Shown here one piece after another: positions 56,976-64,000 of a stretch of 64,000 nt of DNA. How positions within the stretch are numbered: the first letter of the stretch is position 1; every line of letters starts with the position of its first letter. Source of the DNA: Candidatus Dormibacteria bacterium (lineage in GTDB: Bacteria; Chloroflexota; Dormibacteria; Aeolococcales; Aeolococcaceae); contig JBPCLW010000042.1 in assembly GCA_051002895.1 (NCBI GenBank), positions 54,293-118,292 of the forward strand. Direction: 5' to 3'. Position numbers and translations under genes: made by a program. The notes below the pieces were generated by a model. That model worked only from the letters and a program-made list of their open reading frames with translations, was not told where the DNA came from and ran no database searches.

Positions 56976-57888
56976 GCACGGCCACTCCGAGCCGCCCGGG
57001 GAGCGCCGCCGCGTCGGTGGGGGTACTCACACTCAGGGTGTGGAAGCTGGGATCGATGCGCCGGACCAGGCCACAGAGCACCGATCCTGGGCCGACCTCA
57101 ACAAGGACGTCCGCCCCCAAGGAGCGCAGGGTTGCCACGGTGTCTATCCAGCGCACCGGCGCCTCCAGCTGGCGGCGGAGGCGTTCACGGATCCCCTCGG
57201 CATCGCGGACCGCCGCAGCATCGAGGTTAGCGACGACAGGTATCTCGGGATCGCTCAACGGGGCCTGCGCCAGCGCTATCGCGAAACGAGCAGCGGCCTC
57301 GGCCATGAGGGGAGAGTGGAAAGCGCCACTGACATCGAGGGGCATAACACGACGGGCACCGGCCTCCCGGCAAGCGGCCGAGGCGCCTTGGACAGCATCG
57401 ATTGCTCCGCTGATCACTACCTGACCGGGTGCGTTGACGTTGGCGACTACGACGACCCCGGTGACACCAGAACATATCGCGTCCACGCGGGCGACATCGA
57501 GCCCGATGACCGCAGCCATGGTGCCCTCCCGCATGGCCGCCATGGCCCGGCCGCGCTCGATCACCAGTGCCATCGCCGTCTCCGGGGTAAGCGCATGGGC
57601 AGCGACGCAGGCCGCGTACTCCCCGATGGAATGACCTGCCACGCCAACGATGTCGAGATCGTGGGGAAGCGCCGCTGCCAGCGTCACCTCAGTGAGGAAC
57701 AGCGCGGGCTGGGCTATCTCGGTGGGACGCAGGCCCTGGGCGTCGCCGCGCAACGCGGAACCGAGGTCAAGACCGGTTGTGGTCGCTACAGCGATCAGAC
57801 GGGCTCCAATCTCGGTGTCGACAAGACCGTCGGCCATTCCCGGCGATTGGCTTCCCTGACCAGGGAAACAGAGAACGATGCGAGGCAC
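56968..57888 (-). CDS. fabD: Malonyl CoA-ACP transacylase
   Basis: VLCFPGQGSQSPGM..., GHSIGEYAA, SGAFHSPLM. Start set at GTG 57888; the upstream ORF extension overlaps rpmF. Confidence 0.88.
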   Translation of the reverse strand: MPRIVLCFPGQGSQSPGMADGLVDTEIGARLIAVATTTGLDLGSALRGDAQGLRPTEIAQPALFLTEVTLAAALPHDLDIVGVAGHSIGEYAACVAAHALTPETAMALVIERGRAMAAMREGTMAAVIGLDVARVDAICSGVTGVVVVANVNAPGQVVISGAIDAVQGASAACREAGARRVMPLDVSGAFHSPLMAEAAARFAIALAQAPLSDPEIPVVANLDAAAVRDAEGIRERLRRQLEAPVRWIDTVATLRSLGADVLVEVGPGSVLCGLVRRIDPSFHTLSVSTPTDAAALPGRLGVAVHG

Positions 57889-57908
57889 AGGGGGAGCCGG
57901 GCCGACCG

Positions 57909-58085
57909 CTACTCGGTGACCACAACCTCGCGGCCACTGTAGTGACCGCAGTTGGGGCAGACTCGGTGGGGGCGCCGGGGCTTCCGACACGCGGGGCAGG
58001 GGTTCAGCGTGGGCAGGACCAATGCGTGATGAGAGCGGCGGAAATCGCGGCGCCGGCTGCTGGTTCGTTGCTTGGGGAGAGGCAT
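57909..58085 (-). CDS. rpmF: 50S ribosomal protein L32 (Zn-ribbon form)
   Basis: MPLPKQRTSSRRRDFRRSHHAL...CPACRKPRRPHRVCPNCGHY. Confidence 0.9.
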   Translation of the reverse strand: MPLPKQRTSSRRRDFRRSHHALVLPTLNPCPACRKPRRPHRVCPNCGHYSGREVVVTE

Positions 58086-58209
58086 GCGTTGAACTCCGGG
58101 ACTGGACGGGCGCGCGATAGAGGCGCTGCGCCAACAACGCCAGTATAGTCGCCCGCTCAGTCCGATCTCAATGGGGCCCTCGGTAGCGGGACGGCGGCCG
58201 ACTCTGGCC

Positions 58210-58779
58210 TCAGTGGCGTCGCCGCTTGGGGGGCTTGGGGAGGGCGGCCATCCCATTGCGGACGGTGGTCATCGCCTTGCCAAGGTGCTCTTCAAGCGTT
58301 GCCATGACTTCGCGGGCATAGCCGTCGGCCTCCGCAGTGACCTGGGCGGCTGCGGTCTCGGCGTCAGCGGCGACCGCGACGGCACGCTGCTGCGCCTCGG
58401 CGAGGACGGCGTGGCTGTTGACCAGCTGCTCGGCCCGAGCCGAGCCATCGGCGACGAGTTGCTCCGCTCGCGACGTAGCGTCAGCGAGGAGGGCATCAGC
58501 GTGGGCCACGGCGGCCTCGGTGAGCCGCTGCGCCTCCTCGTCCGCAGCCTCGAGGATCCGCCCCCGGTCGTCGACAGTGTGTTTCGCCTCGGCAACCTCA
58601 TCAGGGAGGGAAAGGCGGGCACGATCGATGAGGTCGACGATCTCATCCTCGTTGACAACAACGCTGGCGGTGAAGGGGAGCCGGCGGCTCTCTCCCACCA
58701 TCGCTTCCACGGCATTGAGGAGGTCAATGACCGAGGCGTCGGGGATAGGTGGCGGAGCGGGGACGTGGGTGTCGGTCAT
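58210..58779 (-). CDS. Hypothetical coiled-coil protein
   Basis: 189 aa; an N-terminal segment ...DLLNAVEAMVGESRRLPFTASVVVNEDEIVDLIDRARLSLPDEV, then Ala/Glu-rich heptad-like repeats and a basic tail. Coupled to coaD. Confidence 0.6.
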   Translation of the reverse strand: MTDTHVPAPPPIPDASVIDLLNAVEAMVGESRRLPFTASVVVNEDEIVDLIDRARLSLPDEVAEAKHTVDDRGRILEAADEEAQRLTEAAVAHADALLADATSRAEQLVADGSARAEQLVNSHAVLAEAQQRAVAVAADAETAAAQVTAEADGYAREVMATLEEHLGKAMTTVRNGMAALPKPPKRRRH

Positions 58780-59270
58780 GTGGTGATCCCAAACTTGGTC
58801 CGCATCGCTGCGGCGCTGGCGGGGGGAACGACCTCGTCGACGCTACCGCCCAGGCGGCAGACCTCCTTGATGATCGACGAGGAGATGAAGACATTGGCGA
58901 AGGCGGTCATGAGAAACACGGTGTGAACGCGGGGATTGAGGCGTCGGTTCATGAGTGCCATCTGGAACTCGTTCTCGAAGTCGCTGACCACGCGCAGCCC
59001 GCGGACGATGGCAGTCGCCCCTACCCTCTCCGCAAAGTCCACCGTGAGGCCCTCGAAGGCAGTGATCTCCACGCGATTGCCAAGCTCTCCAACGGAGTCA
59101 CGGATCAGCTCGATGCGCTCCAGAGCGGTGAAGAGCGGTTCCTTGCCGGGGTTGCGCAGCACGGCCATGACGACACGGTCGAAAATCAGTGAGGCGCGCT
59201 CGAGGATGTCGAGATGACCGAGCGTCACCGGGTCGAAACTGCCTGGGTACAGGGCCACCCTCTCGGTCAC
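58776..59270 (-). CDS. coaD: Phosphopantetheine adenylyltransferase
   Basis: VALYPGSFDPVTLGHLDILERA.... GTG 59270 overlaps the rsmD stop (GTGA). Confidence 0.9.
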   Translation of the reverse strand: MTERVALYPGSFDPVTLGHLDILERASLIFDRVVMAVLRNPGKEPLFTALERIELIRDSVGELGNRVEITAFEGLTVDFAERVGATAIVRGLRVVSDFENEFQMALMNRRLNPRVHTVFLMTAFANVFISSSIIKEVCRLGGSVDEVVPPASAAAMRTKFGITT

Positions 59271-59827
59271 GGTTCGCCGGTCTCCCCCTCCCGACGGAAG
59301 AACGTCAGTGCCGTCAGCCCGTACACCGCTCGACGGATCTGTAGCAGTTCGCCCAGGTGGTCGGGAAGCCGCCGGGCGGCGTGATGTTCGCACACCACAA
59401 GTTCCGGGGCCAGATCTCCAAGACGCCCGAGGGCTCTCGTCAGCTCCTCGTCCCGGTACGGAGCGTCCAGAAAAACGAGATTGGCGACGAGGGTCTCCTG
59501 GCGCCTCAGCCAGGCGATGACATCGCTGGTGACAACCCCACAGCGATCGGTGCAGCCGAAGCGGTCAGCGCTGGCAGCGATGAGTCGCGACGTTCCCGCA
59601 TGCCGCTCGACGAAAAGGACGTGGGCAGCACCGCGGGAGAGCGCCTCGAAGCCCACCGAACCAGCCCCGGCGTAGAGGTCGACGATCCGCCAACCATCCA
59701 TGTTCTGCCCGAGAATGTTGAAGAGCGCCGCGCGCACCATGCTCCGTGTCGGTCGAACCTGCGCCCCCCCCGGCGTGGGAATGACGCGACCTCTCCAGGC
59801 TCCGCCGGTGATGCGTGTCTCCGCCAT
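59267..59827 (-). CDS. rsmD: 16S rRNA (guanine966-N2)-methyltransferase
   Basis: RITGGAWRGRVI..P.....RPT...VRAALFNILG, DLYAGAGSVGFEALSRGA, VFLDAPY. Confidence 0.88.
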   Translation of the reverse strand: MAETRITGGAWRGRVIPTPGGAQVRPTRSMVRAALFNILGQNMDGWRIVDLYAGAGSVGFEALSRGAAHVLFVERHAGTSRLIAASADRFGCTDRCGVVTSDVIAWLRRQETLVANLVFLDAPYRDEELTRALGRLGDLAPELVVCEHHAARRLPDHLGELLQIRRAVYGLTALTFFRREGETGEP

Positions 59828-59831
59828 GGGA

Positions 59832-61901
59832 TCAGTCGAGGTCGAAAACGGCGCGGTAGCCGTGCATCGCTTCGCGCAGCGGCCCATGGGCGGTGAGGTC
59901 GGGATCATTGTCGAGCCAGGCGACGGCAGCCCGCCGGGCGCGCTGAAGCATGGCGATGTCGAGCAGGTCGGCAGCCATCATCTCCGGCAGCCCGTGCTGG
60001 CGGAGACCCACGACATCGCCGGGGCCGCGGAGCCGGAGGTCGAGCTCGGCGAGGTCGAACCCGCTCTCCGTGCTCGCCAGCGCCTCGAGCCGCTGTGATC
60101 CCTCGACATCCATTGCTCCCTGAAAGAGCAGGCAATGCGAGCGGTGCTGGCCGCGCCCGACGCGGCCCCGGAACTGATGGAGTTGGGCCAGGCCGAAACG
60201 CTCGGCGCCCTCGATGAGCATGATGGTGGCGTTGGCCACGTCCACGCCGACCTCGACGACCGACGTCGCCACCAGGATGTCGCTCTCACCGCAGGCGAAC
60301 CGGTCCATGGTCGTCTCCTTCTCGCGCGCGGGCAGCCGTCCGTGGAGAAGCGCCACCCGCAGCTCGGGGAAGACCTCGCGAGAGAGCCGCTCAAACTCAG
60401 CGGTCGCAGATTTCACGCCCAGCTTGTCTGATTCTTCGATGAGCGGACAGATGACAAAGGCCTGGCGTCCGGCGGCGATCTCGGTACGGATGAAAGCGCA
60501 AGCCTCATCGCGACCGAAGGGCGGGACCACCCGGGTGCGCACCGGCTGCCGCCCAGGGGGCATCTCGCGAAGTTCACTGGCGTTGACGTCTCCGTAGAGG
60601 GTGAGATGCAGAGAGCGCGGGATTGGCGTCGCCGACATGGCCAGGAAGTTGGGCATGGCTTGGGCTTTGCGGCGCAGCCTTTGTCGCTGGGCAACGCCGA
60701 AACGATGTTGTTCATCGACAACGACAAGGCCGAGATCGGCGAACACGACCTCGTCCTCGATGAGCGCGTGAGTTCCGACAATGAGCGCGTCCTGTCCACC
60801 CGCAAGGCCGTCGAGGATCTCGCGACGAGCCCGCTGCGACGTGCTGCCGAGGAGCAGCCGCGGTGGCAGGTCGTGAGGCGCGAGCAGGCTCTCCAGCGTC
60901 GTGAAGTGTTGCCGGGCGAGGATCTCGGTGGGCGCCATCACCGCGGTCTGTCGCCCGGCCCGGTGGGTCATCAGCGCCGCCATGGCGGCGACCACCGTCT
61001 TGCCGCTGCCCACGTCGCCCTGGAGCAGCCGGTTCATGGGTCCAGGGTCCGCCATGTCGGTGAGAATCTCGTGGGCTGCGACGCGCTGGCCGTCGGTGAG
61101 GCGAAACGGCAGCGAGTGGGCAAACTCCCGAGCAGTCTCGATGACATAAGCGATCTCGATTCCCTGCGAGGAGAGTCGGCGGCGCCGAGCGCGTTCGGCC
61201 GCCACCTGGAGTAGGAAGAGTTCCTCGAATGCAACACGTTCTCTGCCGGCCTCGGCATCATTGAGATTGGCGGGCGAGTGGAGGGAGCGCAACGCCTCAC
61301 CGAGTGGCGGCAGTCCCTCACTCGCGCGGACGCTGGGGGGAAGGCGGTCGGGTAGCTCGTCAGTGAGGGGCAGCAAGGGCTCGATGAGTTCACGGAGCCG
61401 GCGTGAGCTCAAACCCTGAGTTTCCGAGTACACCGGAGCCAGGCGTCCGACATGGAGTTGGTCGGATCGAGAGCGCTCGAATTTCGGGCTCTGAAAACTG
61501 AGACCGTTGGGCGACCGCACCACCTTGCCAGCGAGGAGCACCTCCATGCCCGGAGTGAGACCGCGAGTGATGCGGTGGTTGAACCAGACTGCGCTGGCAA
61601 CGCCGCTCTCATCCTCAACCGTCGCCTCGACTAGTTGCTTCTTCTGTCGCGGGCTCCAGAACGCGACAATGCTGCGGATCCGCACTCGCCCGGTCTGCTG
61701 CCGACCCGGCGTCAAGTGAGCCAACGGCGTCACCTCGGTGGTGTCCTCATAGCGACGGGGCATTCGCGTGAGGAGGTCACTCACGGTCTCGATGCCGAGC
61801 TTCTTCATGAGCTGCACTTGGCGGTGGCCGATTCCGAAGATCCTGCCGACCGCAGTGTCGGCGCGAAGCCCGGCACCCCCCGTGCTCACGCTTGCCACCA
61901 T
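59832..61901 (-). CDS. recG: ATP-dependent DNA helicase RecG
   Basis: Wedge domain, LLQGDVGSGKTVVA, VVDEQHRFGV, MSATPIPR, HGRL, LHQFRGRVGRG. Start taken at MVASV... downstream of the degV stop. Confidence 0.93.
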   Translation of the reverse strand: MVASVSTGGAGLRADTAVGRIFGIGHRQVQLMKKLGIETVSDLLTRMPRRYEDTTEVTPLAHLTPGRQQTGRVRIRSIVAFWSPRQKKQLVEATVEDESGVASAVWFNHRITRGLTPGMEVLLAGKVVRSPNGLSFQSPKFERSRSDQLHVGRLAPVYSETQGLSSRRLRELIEPLLPLTDELPDRLPPSVRASEGLPPLGEALRSLHSPANLNDAEAGRERVAFEELFLLQVAAERARRRRLSSQGIEIAYVIETAREFAHSLPFRLTDGQRVAAHEILTDMADPGPMNRLLQGDVGSGKTVVAAMAALMTHRAGRQTAVMAPTEILARQHFTTLESLLAPHDLPPRLLLGSTSQRARREILDGLAGGQDALIVGTHALIEDEVVFADLGLVVVDEQHRFGVAQRQRLRRKAQAMPNFLAMSATPIPRSLHLTLYGDVNASELREMPPGRQPVRTRVVPPFGRDEACAFIRTEIAAGRQAFVICPLIEESDKLGVKSATAEFERLSREVFPELRVALLHGRLPAREKETTMDRFACGESDILVATSVVEVGVDVANATIMLIEGAERFGLAQLHQFRGRVGRGQHRSHCLLFQGAMDVEGSQRLEALASTESGFDLAELDLRLRGPGDVVGLRQHGLPEMMAADLLDIAMLQRARRAAVAWLDNDPDLTAHGPLREAMHGYRAVFDLD

Positions 61902-61923
61902 CTGACCCGAGCGAGAGCGCCGC

Positions 61924-62772
61924 TCAGCCCGGAGCCGCCGCGCGGATATAGCCGATGCCCACCGTGCCGGGGCCGACGTACGTGCCCACGACGGGGCCGA
62001 TCTCACCACTGCGGATCGTCAGTTCCGGATAGGCCCCGGCCAAGCGTGCTCGCAGTGGGCCAAGCTTCGTTGAATTGTCCGCGTGATAGGCCGCCACCGC
62101 CTCCAACTCGCCGACCGCGGCCACCTTCTCGAAGAGAAGATCAACGCCTTGCTGCTCGTTGCGAGCGCGCGCCACCGGCGTGATCTCCCCATCGTGACAT
62201 GCGAGCAGCGGCTTCACCTTCAGCATGCCGCCGAGGAACGCCCGGGCCCGGCCGATGCGACCGCCGCGCTGGAGGTAGATCAAGGTATCGAGGAGCATGT
62301 AGATCCCGGTACGGTTGATCCGACCTTCGAGCGCCGTCACGATGTCGTCTGCGCTCTTGCCTGCGACGATGTCCTCGAGGGTGGCAAAGAGCAGCACCTG
62401 GAGACCGCCACTGGCGGTCCCCGAATCGATCACCCGAACCCGCCGGTCCCCGAATTCTTGCGATGCTAGGTGCGCGGATTGCAGTGTCCCCGAGAGCTTC
62501 GATGTGATGTGGACAGAGATGACTACATCATCGTCGGACACGAGGAGTTGCCGGTAGACCGCAGCAAACGCCTCCGGCGACGGCTGCGATGTGGACGGCT
62601 GATGGTCGCCGCTGCGCAACCGCTCGTAGAACGCGGAGGCAACGAGTTCCACGCCGTCCTTGAACTGCTCGTCACCAAAGCGCACGGTGAGCGGGACCAC
62701 GCGAATGCCAAAACGATGGGCGTCCTCGGAGGTGAGATCAGAGGTGCTGTCAGTAACGAGGCTGACGGTCAT
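61924..62772 (-). CDS. degV: DegV family fatty-acid-binding protein
   Basis: VSLVTDSTSDLTSEDA..., SGTLQSA, IGPVVGTYVGPG. Confidence 0.9.
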   Translation of the reverse strand: MTVSLVTDSTSDLTSEDAHRFGIRVVPLTVRFGDEQFKDGVELVASAFYERLRSGDHQPSTSQPSPEAFAAVYRQLLVSDDDVVISVHITSKLSGTLQSAHLASQEFGDRRVRVIDSGTASGGLQVLLFATLEDIVAGKSADDIVTALEGRINRTGIYMLLDTLIYLQRGGRIGRARAFLGGMLKVKPLLACHDGEITPVARARNEQQGVDLLFEKVAAVGELEAVAAYHADNSTKLGPLRARLAGAYPELTIRSGEIGPVVGTYVGPGTVGIGYIRAAAPG

Positions 62773-64000
62773 TCCAGGGAAAGCACATACGGATAGTGGT
62801 CCTGCCCGCCGCGGTGAACCTCGAATTCCGTCGTGGGATGCTGGTTGCGGAGTAGCTCCACCAACCGGGCCGCCCGGGCGTCGTCGACCTCGCTCCCCCA
62901 GTACACGGTGACGAGCTGCGGGGACGGTTCCTGGTTGCCCAGGGCGGTGACGACGACATCCTCCACGGTCTCACCAACCTGAACGATCTCGCCATCGATG
63001 ATGGCGATCGCCTCGCCCTTGCGGATCTGCAGCCCGTTCGAGGTCGTTGCCCGGACCGCCAGGGTGACCTCCACGGCGCTGACGCGGGCAATAGCATCGG
63101 CCATGGCCGCAGCGTTTGTGGTGGCATCGCTGTCGCTGGAGAGAGCCAAGAGTGCACTGATGCCCTGCGGGAGGTTGCGCGTTGGCACCACGATGACGTC
63201 AACGCCCTCGGCGATAGCGTCGACCTGTTGCGCGGTGAGAATGACGTTGCCATTGTTGGGGAGGATGATCACCTGTTCCGCGTTGCTTGCCCGGACAGCG
63301 GTGAGAAGGTCCTCGATGGACGGATTCATGGTCTGTCCGCCCTCCACGACGACGTCACAGCCGAGCGACTTAAGGATCTCCCGGAACCCCTCCCCCGGAG
63401 CGACGCTGACGACGGCGAGCGGCTTGACCGGCGCAGGAGTCGGGGTCTGGGGAGCAGCCGCAGCCGCAGCCTCAGCAGCATCGGCCCGCTCGAGAACATC
63501 GTGGTGCTGGCCCGACATGTCCTCGACCTTGAGCTTCGCCAGCCCTCCGCGCTGCGAGGCAATGGCAATCAGCGCTGCAGGGTCGGCGGTGTGGATGTGG
63601 ACGCGCACAAGATCAGCATCACCAACCACGAGAGCTGAATCGCCCATCGGACCCAGTTCGTCCCGGATGGCTGCAGCGTCGAGGCCGGGTCCATTGATGA
63701 GGAACTCTGTGCAGTACCCCCATCCCTCCTCGGGCTCGGCCACTGCGGCAGCGCCCTGCCGCGGGGAGGGAGCCAGGTCGGCGACGACCGCCTCATCTGC
63801 AGCAAACGGCAGGCGCACTCGCGGCTCGCCGGCGCGACGCCGCGGGGTGACCAACGCCGGCTGGGCCCCCTGGGTCTCACTGAGAGCGCGGGCAAAGCCT
63901 TCGAGGATGACCGCCAACCCGAAACCTCCGGCATCGACGACGTTGGCGTCGCGGAGGACCTGGAGCTGGTCGATGGTCCGTTCCACTGCGGCGTGCGCTT
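62769..64000 (-). CDS. yloV: DAK2 domain fusion protein YloV (5' end beyond the window)
   Basis: ...VVDAGGFGLAVILEGF... (DhaL-like), then the C-terminal module VIILPNNGNVILTAQQ.... The reading frame stays open to position 64000. Confidence 0.85.
   Translation of the reverse strand, partial: AHAAVERTIDQLQVLRDANVVDAGGFGLAVILEGFARALSETQGAQPALVTPRRRAGEPRVRLPFAADEAVVADLAPSPRQGAAAVAEPEEGWGYCTEFLINGPGLDAAAIRDELGPMGDSALVVGDADLVRVHIHTADPAALIAIASQRGGLAKLKVEDMSGQHHDVLERADAAEAAAAAAPQTPTPAPVKPLAVVSVAPGEGFREILKSLGCDVVVEGGQTMNPSIEDLLTAVRASNAEQVIILPNNGNVILTAQQVDAIAEGVDVIVVPTRNLPQGISALLALSSDSDATTNAAAMADAIARVSAVEVTLAVRATTSNGLQIRKGEAIAIIDGEIVQVGETVEDVVVTALGNQEPSPQLVTVYWGSEVDDARAARLVELLRNQHPTTEFEVHRGGQDHYPYVLSLE

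Noticed and set aside
1-64000. tRNA, rRNA, CRISPR arrays, IS elements
   Set aside because: The intergenic gaps are short. No cloverleaf-like segments, repeat-spacer periodicity or transposase ORFs were seen apart from the comM element.

Overview
High-GC bacterial chromosome segment (GC judged by eye, not computed). About 70 genes are called, and all but one doubtful small ORF lie on the minus strand. Many are linked by 1-4 nt stop/start overlaps (ATGA, GTGA, TGATG). Most of the window is housekeeping backbone: efp, then the shikimate genes (aroQ, an aroK-aroB fusion, aroC, aroE), mltG-ruvX, alaS, a sigma/anti-sigma pair, hisS, relA/spoT and proS. Next come ispG-rseP-dxr-cdsA-uppS-frr-pyrH-tsf-rpsB, hslVU, topA and dprA. 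The far end holds yraN-rplS-trmD-rimM-KH-rpsP-ffh-ylxM-ftsY-smc-rnc-acpP-fabG-fabD-rpmF, coaD-rsmD-recG and degV-yloV. This gene order fits a Gram-positive-type lineage (Actinomycetota- or Chloroflexota-like); the taxon cannot be fixed from sequence alone. No rRNA, tRNA or CRISPR array was seen. The one clear accessory region is an ~8.0-kb integrative element (about 36283..44306) that splits the competence ATPase gene comM next to dprA. It has a large serine recombinase whose start codon lies inside the terminal inverted repeat, an XRE regulator, a RepA-like ATPase followed by a GGTTCC iteron array, and a small replication-associated protein. It also carries a scaffold-like protein, an HK97-type major capsid protein, a frameshifted small terminase and an Mrr-type restriction endonuclease. 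It has no portal, large terminase, protease, tail or lysis genes. I read it as a candidate capsid-encoding phage satellite or minimal prophage remnant that could act as a reversible switch on comM. Secondary points of interest are an FtsA-like ATPase paired with a 563-aa bitopic protein coupled to alaS, an SSB-like gene remnant in a 650-bp gap, and long low-complexity tails on RNase III and ribosomal proteins S2, S16 and L19.
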